From the NCBI RefSeq assembly GCF_009914755.1, contig NC_060935.1: a DNA stretch of 64,000 nt. One strand, written 5' to 3'. Source of the DNA: the human T2T-CHM13v2.0 reference genome, Homo sapiens. The notes beneath the pieces were generated by a model that saw only the letters and a program-made list of their open reading frames with translations, was not told the DNA's origin and ran no database searches. How positions within the stretch are numbered: position 1 is the stretch's first letter; each line of letters opens with the position of its first letter. Below, piece after piece: positions 1 through 15,701 of the stretch. Position numbers and translations under genes: made by a program.

Positions 1-1530
1 CATTTCTTCATTGACCCACTGGTCATTCAGGAGCATGTAGTTTAATTTCCATGTGTTTGTATAGTTTCCAAAATTCCTCTTGTTAATGATTTCTAGTTTT
101 ATTCCATTGTGGTCAAAGAAGACATTTGATAATATTTCAGGGTTTTTTTTTTTTAAGGTTATAAGATTTGTTTTGTGACCCAACATATGGTCTATCCTTG
201 AAAATGATCCATGTGCTGAGGAGAAGAATATGTATTCTGGAGCCATTGGATGAAATGTTCTCTAAATAACTACTAGGTCAATTTATAATGTAGTTCAGGT
301 TAAGTCTGATGTTTCTTTGTTGATTTTCTGTGTAGGAAATCTGGCCAGTGCTGAAAGTAGAGTGTTGAAGGCTCCAGCTATTATTGCATTGGTGTCTATC
401 TCTCTCTCTTTAGCTCTAATAATATTTTCTTTATATATCTGGGTGCTCCAGCATTGGGGGCATATATATTTACAATTGTTATATCCTCTTGATGGATTGA
501 TGCCTTTACCATTATATAATGACCTTCCTTGTCTCTTACAATTTTTGTCTTGCAGTCTATTTTGTCTGGTATAAGTATAGCTACTCCTCTTTTTTAAATT
601 TCCATTTGCATGGAATATTTTTTCCATCCCTTTATTTTCAGTCTTCGTGCGTCTTTATAGATGAAATATGTTTCTTATAGGCAATAGATTATTGTGTCTT
701 TTTTTTTTAATCCATTCAGCCACTCTGTGTCTTTTGATTGGAGAACTTAGTCTGTTTACATTCAATGTTATTATTGATAAGTAAGGATTTACTTCTGCCA
801 TTTTGTTGTTTTCTGGTTTTCTTTTCCTTTCCTTCCTGTCTTCCTTTTAGTGAAGGTAATTTTCTCTGGTGTTATGACTTAGTTTCTTGCTTTTTATTTT
901 TTGTATATCTGTTGTATGTTTTTTGATTTGAGGTTATTATGAGGCTTGCAAATACTATCTTATGACTCATTATTTTAAACTGGTGACAACTTAACACTGA
1001 TTGCATAAACAAAAAGAAAACTAATAACTACACTTTTTGTCTCCCCACTTGTTAACTTTTTGTTTTTATTTATACCTTATTGTACTGTATGTCTTGAAAA
1101 GTTGTTGTAGTTATTATTTTTGATTGGTTCATCTTTTAGTCTTTCTGCTTAACAGTAGATTATACACCACAGTTACAGTGTTATAATAGTCTGTTTTTCT
1201 GTGTACTTACTATTACCAGTGAGTTTTGTATCTTCAGATGATTTTTTATTGCTCATTAACATCCTTTTCTTTCAGATTGAAGAACTTCCTTTAGCATTTC
1301 TTGTAAGACAGGTCTGGTGTTGATGAAATCCTTCAGCTTTGAAAGTCTTTATTTCTCCTTCATGTTTGAAGGATGTTTTCACCAGATATACTATTCTAGG
1401 GTAAAAGTTTTTTTCCCTTGGGACTTTAAATATGTCATGCCACCCTCTCCTGGCTTGTAAGGTTTATTAGATGCCTCAAGGTAGTCAAGTTAAATCTATT
1501 TGGTGTTCTATCATCTTGTACTTGGGTATT

Positions 1531-3808
1531 TGTATTAGTTCATTTTCATGCTGCTGATAAAGACATACCTGAAACTGGGAACAAAAAGAGGTTTAATTGG
1601 ACTTAGAGTTCCACATGGCTGAGAAGGCCTCAGAATCATGGCAGGAGGTGAAAGGCACTTCTTACATGGCAGCAGCAAGAGAAAAATGAGGAAGCAAAAG
1701 CAGAAACCCCTGATAAACACATCAGATCTTGTGAGACTTATTATCACAAAAATAGCACAGGAAAGACTGGCCCCCATGATTCAGTTACCTCCCCCTGGGT
1801 CCCTCCCACAACATGTGGGAATTCTGGGAGATAAAATTCAAGTTGAGATTTGGGTGGGGACACAGCCAAACAGTATCATTCTGCTCCTGGCCCCTCCAAA
1901 TCTCATGTTCTCACATTTCAGAACCAATCATGCCTTCCCAACAGTCCCCCAAAGTCTTAACTCATCTCAGCATTCACCTAAAAGTTCACAGTCCAAAGTC
2001 TCATCTGAGACAAGCCAAGTCCCTTCCACCTATGAGCCTATAAAATCAAAAGCAAGCTAGTTACTTCCTAGATACAGTGGGGATACAGGTATTGGGTAAA
2101 TACAGCCATTCCAAATGGGAGAAATTCACAAAAACAAAGGGGTTACAGGGTTCTTGCAAGTCCGAAATCCAGCAGGGCAGTCAAATTTTAAAGCTACAAA
2201 ATGATCTCCTTTGACTCCAGGTCTCACATCCAGCTCACCCTGATGCAAAAGGTGGGTTCCCATGGTCTTGGGCAGCTCCACCCCTGTGGCTTTGCAGGGT
2301 ACAGCCTCTCTCCTGGCTGCCTTCACGGGCTGGCATTGAGTGTCTGTGGCTTTTCCAGGTGCACGGTGCAAGCTGCCAGTGGATCTACCATTCTGGGGTC
2401 TAGAGGATGGTAGTCCTCTTCTCACAGCTCCACTAGGCAGTGCCCCAGTAGGGACCCTTTGTGGGGGCTCCAACCTCACACTTCCCTTCTGTACTGCCCT
2501 AGCAGAGGTTTTCCATGAGGGCCCCACTCCTGCAGCAAACTTTTGTCTGGGCATCCAGGCATTTCCATACATCTTCTGAAATCTAGGCGGAGGTTCCCAA
2601 ACCCCAGTTCTTGACTCCTGTGCACCCACAGGCTCAACACCACATGGAAGCTGCCAAGGCTTGGGGCTTCCACCCTCTGAAGCCACAGCCTGAGCTGTAC
2701 ATTGGCCCCTTTCAGCCACAGCTAGAGCAGCTGGGACACAGGGCACCAAGTCAATAGGCTGCACACAGCACGGGGACCCTGGGCCTGACCTACGAAACCA
2801 CTTTTTCCTCCTGGGCCTCTGGGCCTGTGATGGGAGGGGCTGCCGTAAAGGTCTCTGACATGACCTAGAGACATTTTCCCCATGGTCTTGGGGATTAATG
2901 CTAGACTCCTTACTACTTTTGCAAATTTCTGCAGCCAGCTTGAATTTCTCCCCAGTAGATGAGTTTTCCTTTTCTATCACATTGTCAGGCTGCAAATTTT
3001 CCAAAGTTTTATGCTGTTTCGCTTTTAAAACTGAATGCTTTTAACAGCACCCAAGTCCCCTCTTGAATGCTTTGCTGCTTAGAAATTTCTTCTGCCAGAT
3101 ACCCTAAATAATCTCTCTCAAGTTCAAAGCTCCACAGATCTCTAGGGCACAGGCAAAATGCCACCAGTCTCTTTGCCAAAACATAACAAGAGTCACCTTT
3201 GCTCCAGTTCCCAACAAGTTCCTTATCTCCATCTGAGACTACCTCAGCCTGAACCTTATTGTTCATATCACTATCAGCATTTTCATCAAAGCCATTCAAC
3301 AAGTCTTGGGAAGTTCCAAACTTTTCCACATTTTTCTGTCTTCTTCTGAGCCCTCCAAACTGTTCTAACCTCTGCCGTTACCGAGTTCCAAAGTCACTTC
3401 CACAGTTTTGGGTATCTTTTCAGCAATGCCCCACTCTACTGGTACCAATTTACTATATTAGTCCATTTTCACACTGCTGACAAAGACATACCCGAGACTG
3501 GGAAGAAAAGGAGGTTTAATTGGACTTACAGTTCCACATGGTTGGGGAGGCCTCAGAATCATGGTAGGAGGCAAAAGGCACTTCTTACATGGCAGCAGCA
3601 AGAGAAAAATGAGGAGGAAGCAAAACCAGAAACCCCTGATAAACCCATCAGATCTCGTGAGACTTACTCACTATCATGAGAATAGCACAGGAAAGACTGG
3701 CCCCCATGATTAAATTATCTCCTCCTGGGTCCCTCTCACAACAGGTGGGAATTCTGGGAGATACAATTCAAGTTGAGATTTGGGTGGGGATATAGCCAAA
3801 CCATATCA
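1531..3808 (-). mobile_element. Full-length THE1 (ERVL-MaLR): LTR 1531-1878, internal region 1879-3453, LTR 3454-3808
   Basis: Two direct-repeat LTRs (tgtattagt...gggtggggacacagccaaac..tatca) and a 5-bp TSD GTATT at 1526-1530 and 3809-3813. Minus-strand ORFs 3009..3329 and 2126..3004 are remnants of the MaLR internal ORF. Confidence 0.93.
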
Positions 3809-3999
3809 GTATTGATATCTTTCTCTAGGTTTTGGAAGTTCTCTGTTATTATCCGTTTGAATAAACTTTCTACTATTATACTATCTCTTTCTCTACCTCC
3901 TCTTTAAGGTCAATAACTCTTAGATTTGCCCTTTTGAGCCTGTTGTCTAGATCTTGTAGGCATGCCTCATTCTTTATTATTATTTTTTCTTTTGTCTCC

Positions 4000-4380
4000 T
4001 GATATGGTTTGGATTTGTGTCCCTGCCCAAATCTCATGTTGAATTGTACTCCCCAGTGTTGGAGGAGGGGCCTGGTAGGAGATGATTGTATCATGGTGGT
4101 GGATTTCCACCTTGCTGTTGTCATGATAGTGAGTGAGTTCTCATGAGATCTGGTTGTTTAAAAGTGGGTAGCACCTCCCCCTGTGCACTCTTCCTCCTTC
4201 TCTGGCCAGGTAAGGTGTGCCGGCTTCCTCTTCACCTTCCGCCATGATTGTAAGTTTCCTGAGGCCTCCCCAGCCATGCTTTCTGTACAGGCTGTTGAAC
4301 TGAGTCAATGAAACCTTTTTCTTTATAAATTACATAGTCTCAGGTAGTTCTTTATAGCAATGTAAAAACAGGCTAATACA
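4000..4380 (+). mobile_element. MST-family solo LTR (MSTA-like)
   Basis: TGATATGGTTTGGATTTGTGTCCC...GGCTAATACA; 5-bp TSD TCTCC at 3995-3999 and 4381-4385. Confidence 0.88.
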
Positions 4381-7300
4381 TCTCCTCTGACTGTGTTTTT
4401 TTCAAGTAGCCTGTCTTCAAGCTCACTAATTCTTTCTTCTGCTTGGTCAATTCTACTATTAAGGGATTCTGATGCATTCTTCAGTATGCCAATTGCATTT
4501 TTCAACTCCAGAATTTCTGCTTGATTCTTTTCAATATTTCAATCCCTTTGTTAAATTTATCTGATAGAATTATGTATTCCTTCTCTGTGTTATCTTGAAT
4601 TTCTTTGACTTTCCTCAAAACAGCTTTGAATTTTCTGTCTGAAAGGTTATATGTCTCTGTTTCTCCAGGATTGGTCCCTGGCACTTTATTTAGTTCATTT
4701 GATAATGTCATGTTTTCCTGGATGTCTTGATGCTTGTGGATGTTTGTCAGTGTCTAGGCATTGAAGAGTTAAGTATTCATTGTAGTCATCACAGTCTGGC
4801 CTTGTTTGTACCTGTCTTTGGGAAGGCTTTTCAGGTATTCGAAGGGACTTCAGTGTTGAATCTTGAATGTTGTAATCTGAGCTGTACTGCATTAGGGGGA
4901 ACCCCAAGCCCAGTAACACTACGATTTAGACTCGTAGAGTCTTCGGTGGTCTTAGATAAGACCTGGAAGAACTCTCTGGATTACCAGGTGGAGACTCTTG
5001 TTCTCTTCCCTTACTTTCTCCCAGTCTTTCACTCTCTGTGCTGAGCCGCCTGGAGCTGGAGTGGGGTGACACAAACACCCCTGTGGCCACCCACTAGGAC
5101 TGGGCTGGGTTAGGCCTGAAGCCAGCACAGTGCTGGGTCTTACCCAAGACCCCGTTAGCCTCTACCTAGCTTTCACCTATGTTCACTCAAGGCCCTAGAG
5201 TTCCACAATCAGCAGGTAGTGAAGCCAGCCAGGTTTGTGTCCTTTTCTTCAGGGCAGCAAGTTCTCTTAGGCCCCAGGTGGGTCCAGAGATGCTGTCTGG
5301 GAGCCAGGGACTGGAGTAAAAAACCTTATAAATCTACCTTGTGCTCTATTCTACTGTGGTTAAGCTGAACTCATGCTACGAGACAAAGTCCTTTCTACTC
5401 TTCCCTTCCCTTTCCACAGGCCGAGGAGCCTCTCCCAATGGCCACCACCACCACAGGCCCATGGGGAGTACTGCCAGTCTCACTGATGTTCACTTACAGC
5501 CCAAGGGCTCTTCTGTCAGCTTATGGTGAATGCTGCCAGGCCTGGGACTCGCCCTTCAGAGCAGTGGGCTCCTCTCTGGCCCAGGGCAGGTCCAGAAATA
5601 CCTTCCAAGAGCCAAGGCCTGGAATTGTGGATCCCAAGAGCCCGTTTGGTACTGTACCCCACTGTGGGCAAGCTGGTTACTTAAGTGTAAGACAAAGTCC
5701 CCTTTACTTTTCCCTCTTCTTTTCTCAAGCGGGAGTCTCTCACCATGGCCATCACAGCTGGGAATGTGCTGGGTCTCACCTGAAGCCAGCATGTCTCAGA
5801 GTCTCACCAAGGCCCATGGCGTACTACCTGGTTATTGCTGCTCATTATTCAGAGCCCAAGGGCTCTTTAATCAGCAGGTGATGAATCCTGCCTGACCTGG
5901 CCCCTTCTCTTCAAGGGAATAGGTTTTCTTCTGGACCAGGGTGTGTCTAGAAATATCTGGGAGCTAGGGCCTGGAACGGGGGCCTCAAAACTCTTCCCAC
6001 TGCCCTATCCTGTCGTGCCTGAGCTGGTATCCAAAATGCAAATCAAAATTCTTTTTACCCTTCCCTCTCCTCAAGCAGAAGGAAGCAGTCACTTTCATTG
6101 CTGAGAACTGTGCTGCTTGGAGTTGGAGGAGGAGTGGCACAAGCACTCCATTAGCCAACCCAGCTGGTGTCTCACTAGGTCACATGCCCCCCAGGTCCAC
6201 AAGCTCCAAGCCCAGCACAACACTAAGACTTGCCTAGGAGTTGCAGTCCTTGTGGCACAGACTGCCTTTCAAGTTTACTTAGGACCCCAGAACACTTTAG
6301 CCCACAGTGCTGAGGCTTCCCTAAACTCAGGTTCTGACTGCTGGGATAGGCGATTCCTCTCTGGCTATGGCTGGTCCAAGTGCTCCTTCCATGGACACAC
6401 ATCTGCTGAGTTCAGCCCAGTTTTGCTGAGTTCAAAGTCCCACAGTTGCTGCACTCTCCCTCCCCCAACCACACAGATTCTCTGTACCAAGGGCACTGCA
6501 AGGGGATGAGGGAGGGGTGGCATTGGTGATTCAAGACTATAATTTCGAAGTTAAAACCAGGTACTGTGATTGCTTACCTGATTTTTGGTTCCTATAAAGG
6601 TGCTTTTCTTATGTAAATAGTTGTTAAAATTTGGTGTTCCTGTGGGGAGGATGATCACTGGAAGCTTCTATTCAGCTATCTTACTCTGTCTCTGATGAGG
6701 GAAATTAAAGAAACTAAATTAATGGAGTAATATACCACATTTGTAGATTGGAAGAACGCAATATTGTTAACTTGTCAGTTCTCTCCAAATGGATCAATAG
6801 GTTCAAAGCAATGCCAATCAAATTTCTAGTAGGCTTTTTTGTAGAAATTGGTAAGTTGAAGTTCTAAAATTTGCATGGAAATGGAAAAGATGTAGTATAA
6901 AGCAGTCTTGTAATAAGACAGAGGTGAAGAACTTACATTTGATTTCTAGACTTACAGTAGTGCCACAGTAGTCAAGACAGTGTGGTGTTGACATAAAGAT
7001 AGAAAAAATAGATCAATGGGACAGAATAGTTAGTCTGTAAATAGTGGTTGATTTTCATCCAAGGAGGAAAAGCAATTCAATGTGGAAAGAAAAGTCTGTT
7101 CAACAAACGATGCTGGAACAACTGGCTATTAAAATGTTTTTAGAAGAAAATATATAGAAGAACATTTTCATCATCTTTGGATAGTCAAACTTTTTTAGGA
7201 CCCAGAAAGCAATAACCATAAAAGAAACATCAATAAAATGGAATTCATCAAAATTTAAACCTTCTGCTAAGCAAAAGACACCATTAAGAAATAAGTAGGA

Positions 7301-8194
7301 AAACCATAGAATGTGAGTTAGTTATCACCATGCATATATCTCTATCTCTCTATGTCTATATATTTGACAAAAGACTTTTATCCAGTATATATAAAAAACT
7401 TATACAGCTCAATATTAAGAAGACCCAATTAAAATCTAATTTTTAAAAAATGGGCAAAAAATAAGAACCGGCACTGAATAAAGGAAGATATACCAATGGC
7501 CAATAAGCACATGAAAATGTGTTTTAATATTATTATTCAGCAAAATGTAAATGAAAATGACATTGAGATATCACTACATGCCCATTAGAATGGCTAAAAT
7601 CAAACGGTGGCAACAGCTTAAGTGGTAAGATTGTAGAATGTAAGCAAAAGTCTCATACGTTGCTGGTAGGAGTGACACAACCACTTTGAAAATTGGTCTG
7701 GAACTTTCTCATAAAGTTACCATGCATCTACCAAATGACCCAGCAATTATACTGTAAATATTTACCCAAGAAAATGAAAACATACATCCATACAAAGATT
7801 TGTACACTAATGTTCATAGCAGCTTTATTCTAAAACTGGAAACAACCCAAATATCTATCAACAGGTGAATGGATGAATAAATTGTGGTATATTCATATAA
7901 TGGAGTACAGCTCAGCAATAAAAAGTATAAATTCTACCAAACACTTAGAGAAGATTTAATACCAAATTCTTCACAAACTCTTCCAAAAATTAGAAGAGGA
8001 GAGAACATTTCCCAACTTACTCTATGAGGTCAGTATTACTCTGACACCAAAACCAGACAAAGACATCATAAGAAAACTACAGACTAATATTCCTAATGAA
8101 TATGGATGCAGAAATCCTCAAAAAAAAATTACGAAGATGAATCCAGTGACATATAAAAAGGATTTTGCACCATAAGCAAGAGGGATTTATCCTA

Positions 8195-8817
<623 letters not shown>

Positions 8818-8870
8818 TGAAATTAATAGAGCCAGAAGGAGCATTTGACAAAATCTAGCACCCTTTTATA

Positions 8871-9187
<317 letters not shown>

Positions 9188-9720
9188 TAATTTTTAAAAA
9201 ACACTAAACAAAACTAGAAATAGAAGGAAACTTCCTCTACCTCATAAAGGGTATCAACAAAAACCCACAGCTAACATCATACTTAATGGTGAAAGACTGA
9301 AAACTTACCCTTAGGATCAAAAATAAGACAAGGAAGTCTGCTCTCACCGCTTATATTCAACATTGTACTGGAGGCTCTAGCCAGGCAATTAGGCAGGAAA
9401 AAGAACAAAACGGATTCATTTTAGAAAGGAAGAAGTACAACTATTTCTGTATTCAGATGACATGATCTTCTATATAGAAAATCCTAAGGAATCCACTAAA
9501 AAACCTATTAAACCCAATATGTTAAGTTCAACAAGGCTTTAGGATACAAGCCCAATGTACAAACATCAATTATATTTCTACAAGCTAGAAATAATCTGAA
9601 AATGAAATTAGAAAACAATTGCATTTACAATGGTATCAAAAAGTTTAAAAGTACTCAGGAATACATACAACGAAGTGCAAAGCTTATATAAATTCTGAAA
9701 TCTACAAAGCATTGTTTAAA

Positions 9721-10053
9721 GGGTGCAGTGGTTCACACCTCTAATCCCAGCTTCCTGGGATGCCTTTCCCATCTTGTTTGTCAGGAAATATCTTCTCATC
9801 TTTTAAAAAGCCATTTGAAGGCCAGACGCAGTGGCTCACGCCTGTAATCCCAGCACTTTGGGAGGCCGAGGCAGGTGGATCACCTGAGGTCAGGAGTTCG
9901 AGACCAGCCTGGCCAACATGGTGAAACCCTGTCTCTACTAAAAATAAAAAAATTAGCTGTGTGTGGTGGCGGGCGCCTGTAATCCCAGGTACTTGGGAGG
10001 CTGAGGCCGGAGAATCACCTGAACCCAGGAAGTGGAGAGAGAGAGAGAGAGAG
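9721..10053 (+). mobile_element. Composite insertion: Alu 5' stub + ~70 bp copied flank + 3'-truncated AluS + (GA)n
   Basis: See findings; 9749-9818 is the reverse complement of 14692-14715 joined to 14966-15010. Confidence 0.85.
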
Positions 10054-10730
10054 AAAGAGGACCTAAATAAATGGAAACACTTCATGTGCTCATGAATCAA
10101 AAGACTTAGTAGTATTCTTAAGATGGCAATACTCCCTAAATTGATCTACAGATTTAGTGCAATCTCTTATCAAAATCCCAGTTGGATTTTTTTTTCCCCA
10201 GAAATTGACAAGCTGACCCTAAAACTCATATGCAAATGCAAGGGACCAAGAACAGTCAAGACAATCTTGAAAAAGAAGAACAAAAGTGGAGAAATCCTTC
10301 TTGATTTCAAAACTTACTACAAAACCACAGTAATCAAGACAGGCTGGTTATAGCATAACAATAGGTATCTAGATCAGTGAAACAATTGATAGTCCAGAAT
10401 TAAAACTTACATGTATGAGCAATTGATGTTTAAAGGTGCTAAAAAAAAAAAAAAAATCAATGGGACACCTGGAGCATCAATGGGGGAAAGAATAGTCTTT
10501 CCAACAAATGATACTGGGACAACTGGATATCCACATGCACAGGAATAAAGTTAGGCCCCTTTCTTATACCATGCATAGAAATTAATGGGCTAGGTGAGGG
10601 AGGAATGGAGAGTTGTCCAGTTGTCCAGTAGGCATAGAGTTTCAGTTTTGCAAGATTAAAAGTTCTAGAGATTGGTTACACAACAATGCAAATGTTCTTA
10701 ACACTACTGAACTGTATACTTAACAATTAA

Positions 10731-11016
10731 GGGCCCGGCGTGGTGGCTCACGCCTGTAATCCCAGCACTTTGGGAGGCCGAGGCGGGCAGATCACAAGGT
10801 CAGGAGATCGAGACCATCCTGGCTAACACAGTGAAACCCCGTCTCTACTAAAAATACAAAAAAAAATTAGCCAGGCATGGTGGCAGGCGCCTGTAGTCCC
10901 AGCTGGAGGCTGAGGCAGAATGGTGTGAACCTGGGAGGCGGAGCTTGCAGTGAGCCGAGATCGCGCCACTGCACTCCAACCTGGGCGACAGAGTGAGACT
11001 CCGTCTCAAAAAAAAG
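10731..11016 (+). mobile_element. AluY/AluSc-like element
   Basis: ggcccggcgtggtggctcacgcc...caggagatcgagaccatcctggctaacac...gagcttgcagtgagccgagatcgcgccactg. Confidence 0.9.
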
Positions 11017-12254
11017 GTAAATTTTATGTCATGAATATTTTACTGCAATTTAAAAATTTTAAATAAAATTTAAAAATTTAGCTAAAAATGGACCATAGTC
11101 CTGAATGTAAAAGCTAAGACTATAAAACTCTTAGAAGAAAGCAGGGGTAAATCTTTGTGACCTTGGGTTTGGAAAACCTTTCTTAGACACAACACCAAAG
11201 CATAAGCAACAAAAGATAAATTGGACTTCAAAGGACACTCTCAAAAAACGAAAAGACAACCCACAGAAAGGGCGAAAATATTTGCAAATCATTTTTCTGA
11301 CAAAAGAATTATATCCAGAATCTATAAAGAACGTTTAAAACTCAATAGCGAAAGGACAACCCAACTGAAAAATTGGCAAAGGGTCTGAAAAGACATTTCT
11401 TCAAAGAATATATACAAATGACCAACAAACATCAAAACATCAACGTCGTTAGTCATTAGGGAAAACATTAGTCATTAGGGAAATGTAAATCAAAATCTCA
11501 ATGAGAAATAACTTTACACCCACTAGAATTGCTGTAAACAAAAAGAGACAATAGCAAGTGTTAATGTGGATGTGGATAAATTTGGAACCTTCATCCACGG
11601 CTGGTGGGAATATAAAATGGTGCAGGCACTTTGGGACACTTTGGCAGTTCCTCAAAATGTTAAATAGAGTTACCCTATGACCCAGAAATTTCATTGCTAT
11701 ATATGTACCCAAAAGCAGTAAAACATACATTCATACAAAATCTTGTACATAAATGTTCATAGCAGCATCGTTCTGATAGCCAAAAAAATGGAAACAAGCC
11801 ATATGTCTATAAGGTGATGAATGGATAAATGCAATATGATATATCATTAGAGTGGAATACTGTCCAGCCCTAAAAGGAATGAAATATTGATATATACCAT
11901 TACATGGATGAACCTTGAAACATTATGCTAACTGAAAGAAGCCAGACACAAAAGCCTACATATCACGTAGCAAGGGGACCCAGAATAGACTGGAAAGGTA
12001 TAGCATACAATCAGTATTTGCTGGATGAATAAATGTATTAAGTAAAATACCCAGTACAGGGCCAACTGGATTTAGAAGGTGAAGGAAAAATAAGGCTAAG
12101 GTACTACTGAGCTTTCTTAAGCTGGGTGAGTAAGGGGTGGGTGGGAACATTAAAGAGGCCCGGAGTAGCTAGGAGGGAGAATGGGGTTAGGGGGTATAAT
12201 GGGAGAAAAGGGAAGATATATAGAGTTTTCCTTTCTGTTGTGTTTTTTTTACAG

Positions 12255-12830
12255 TGGTGCTGGACATGCAGTCCCACTCACTAGACATTTTGGAGCATTA
12301 CGTGGAAATGCCCATCCAGCGGTTGGAGAGGTAGGGTAGGATCTGAAGATCTCAAGCCTCGGAAGCACAGATTTAGGAGTCACTGACTTAGAGGTGGTAG
12401 TTTCAAGTGACGTGATGGTTAAGTTCACCAAGAGAAAAAGTTTAGAAAGAAAAAGAGCTGAGCCTTCTGCCCTATTTTTTAGAAGAGGGTTTCTGAGAGC
12501 CTGGGTATTCAAATGATAAGATGGGTGTGTGGTGCAGGGACAAGACTTCAGTCAGAGGACCCAGGGTCTCTGCTTTAGCACCATCTTGCTGTGTGACGTT
12601 GGGCAGCTGACCTTACTATCAGTGCCTCAGTTTCCTCCCCTGTAACCAGGGACAATAATGCCAGCCCTCTCTCCCTCCCAAAATTATTGCATGGATCAAA
12701 AGGGAGAATGCACAAGAAAGTGCTTTGTAAACCACTCAAAAGACTCATCAAATGTAAGGGATTATTATAATTGCAGTGGGAGATGCAGGAGGCCAATAAA
12801 ATGGATTTGGTTGCAGTAAGCACAGGGGTT
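12255..12830 (+). other. Candidate plus-strand terminal exon (possibly a distal alternative last exon of the neighbouring POLD3)
   Basis: Strong acceptor ttttcctttctgttgtgttttttttacag|TG at 12254; AATAAA at 12795-12800 followed by a U-rich tract. The gene assignment rests only on my recollection that POLD3 converges on CHRDL2. Confidence 0.35.
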
Positions 12831-14146
12831 ACTTTCTGTTTCTTTAAAAAAAAGAAAAACCAGCAGCCGCAAGTACTGCCAGGTGCACGGCGTAGTTTTT
12901 CCAACTCTGAGAAGCAAATAACAGAGAGGGGCCAACTGGCTCATCCCAGGAGGCCTGTCTTCACCAATTGAATCTGAAATCACCACCCAGGGAATTGCTG
13001 CAGGCGCAGGCCCAGGACAGCAGGCCCTGTCCTGGCGGGATGGGACCCAGGGAGTACAGGGCCAACTGAGGCCGTCCACATGGCCAGAGACCTGGGCCCT
13101 TCGCCCCTGCGGCTTGGAACTTCCATCAGGCCCTGCCCAACCAGATGTTCTCCTTAGAGCCCCAGGTGGCCCATGAATGGTGCTACCCGGCCCCCAAGCC
13201 ACGTTCAGGAGCATCACCTCAGGGTTAGGCAGGGAAGAGACCATGGCTTTATGGCAAAATTGGCCAGGCCAAGTTTCTACGGCTCCCCAGGTGGCCGGCC
13301 TCATTAGTGTTGAGGACCACATTGGGCCTGCCAGAACCGCAGGACAAAGTCCAGTGCAGAAGGCTTGGGGAAACTGCTTCCAGTTCTTTCCAGGCCCAGA
13401 GACACGTCCCCCAAATGCCTGGCTGGATATAAGCCCCTGCAATCTGTGTGCCAGCCCGGGGGCAGTCCCCTCAATTGCACCTTTAAGGTGGCTACACTTT
13501 CCCCAAATCTTCCTGGCCAAGGCTAGAGAGGATCTTAGAGACCTTCTAGTCCAGCTCCTCCATTTTCGGTTAAGGAACCTGAGGCCCAGAGCGGGCAGGA
13601 ACTTGCTAAAGGTTAGAGTCGGGGAGCTTCTCTGAGGCAGCACAGTGGAGCTGGGAGCAGAAATCAGGTCTCTGGCCTCCCAGCTGTCCAACCCTCTGCT
13701 CCCCACTCTCTTTCCTCCTGCCTGTTATTTTCCAGTCTCTTCCCCTTGGGGCTGCTGCCCTCTCCCCTCCCTCAGAGCTTCCTGGCCGGCCCTACTGCTC
13801 TGAGGTCCCCACCTGAGGCTACGATTCTGCTCCCTGACTCTGCTGAGTGCCCACTGGCCAGCTCCAAGAGCATCCCCTGCCCTAAGCTGCCACAGAGAAG
13901 CTCCCAGGGAGCAAGCAGAGAACAGAGGCCGAGAGCTGAGGCTCGGCTGGGAGCCACAACTCCAGGCCCAGCTCTGCCACTGTGGGTCTGAGAGGGACAG
14001 AGAGAACGCTACTTTTTGAAAAACGACTCTTATACCCAGGCCCTGTATTGGAGCTTCTCCCGTCCCTCCTGACACTTCCTCCCGGAGCATTTATTTGTCC
14101 CTTCAGTGCTCATCCTTCAGTCAGCACAACCTTGCTGAGGATTTAG

Positions 14147-14690
<544 letters not shown>

Positions 14691-14706
14691 ATCAAATGGC
14701 TTTTTA

Positions 14707-14959
<253 letters not shown>

Positions 14960-15701
14960 GATGAGAAGACATTTCCTAGACAGACAAGGTGAAAGGCATC
15001 CCAGGAAGCTCGTGCTAAGATGAGCGGTAACAGGGATGACGGGCTCAGGGAACAGTGCTGAATTTGGTGACTTAAACCACAGCCTGTGTGGGAGTGGCAA
15101 AGGCGAGGGAGTGGAGTCGGCAGAGGCCACACACGAAGGGTGCTGCAGGCAGGTGAATGTTTGGACTTGATCCCGTTCATGATGGGGAAGCCATTGAAGT
15201 GTTTTAAGCAGGGGAGATAGGATCCCATGTGCCTTTTAGAAACACCCTCCTAGCTTATAAACGCCAGGGGACAGAGGACCCTCCCTTTTCTCTCGTGTCC
15301 TGGGCCTCCTGGAGAGGTGCCAGGGCAGGTCCTACGAGCGCATGTTCTTTGTGGAGTGCCAGGCCTGGTATTTCTTTTCCTTCCTGGGGGGTGAGGCTTC
15401 CCATCCAGCAACAGGAAGGATGAAACTCAATCCTATCTCAGGGTTTTTCACCCAAGGATGAATCAGAATCCACCATGGAATTTTCTAAATGACAAACACT
15501 TGGGCTGCATCCCATTTACTAAATCATGCATTCATTTCAGAAATGTTTCTCGAGCACATAGCACATGTGGACACTGTTCCAGGTAGTAGGGACACAGCAA
15601 TGGGCAAAGCCCCTGCCTTCATGGAGCTTACAGTCAGAATCTCTGGGGCAGGCCCTGACATCTGTGTTTAGAAAAGCTCCAGTGGTGACCCCAAAGCCCA
15701 G

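Larger units (their letters stand above)
1..6693 (-). mobile_element. Old L1 (L1M/L1PB-like): 5' UTR, ORF1 and start of ORF2, interrupted by THE1 and MST
   Basis: Minus-strand ORFs give ORF1p coiled-coil remnants (SLNSRIDQAEERISELEDR; LKRANLRVIDLKEEVE) and the start of ORF2 (KIFHANGN). A degenerate L1 5' end (revcomp gagtaagatagctgaatagaagc) lies near 6690. Confidence 0.85.

Noticed and set aside
2126-3329. 292-aa and 106-aa minus-strand ORFs
   Set aside because: They lie inside the THE1 internal region and are broken remnants of the MaLR ORF, not a host gene.
11449-11483. Short direct duplication ttagtcattagggaaa
   Set aside because: A small slippage event inside a dead L1 fragment with no plausible function.
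12765-13706. 313-aa minus-strand ORF
   Set aside because: Non-ATG start, no recognisable domain, and it runs through a MIR. A chance ORF in GC-rich DNA.
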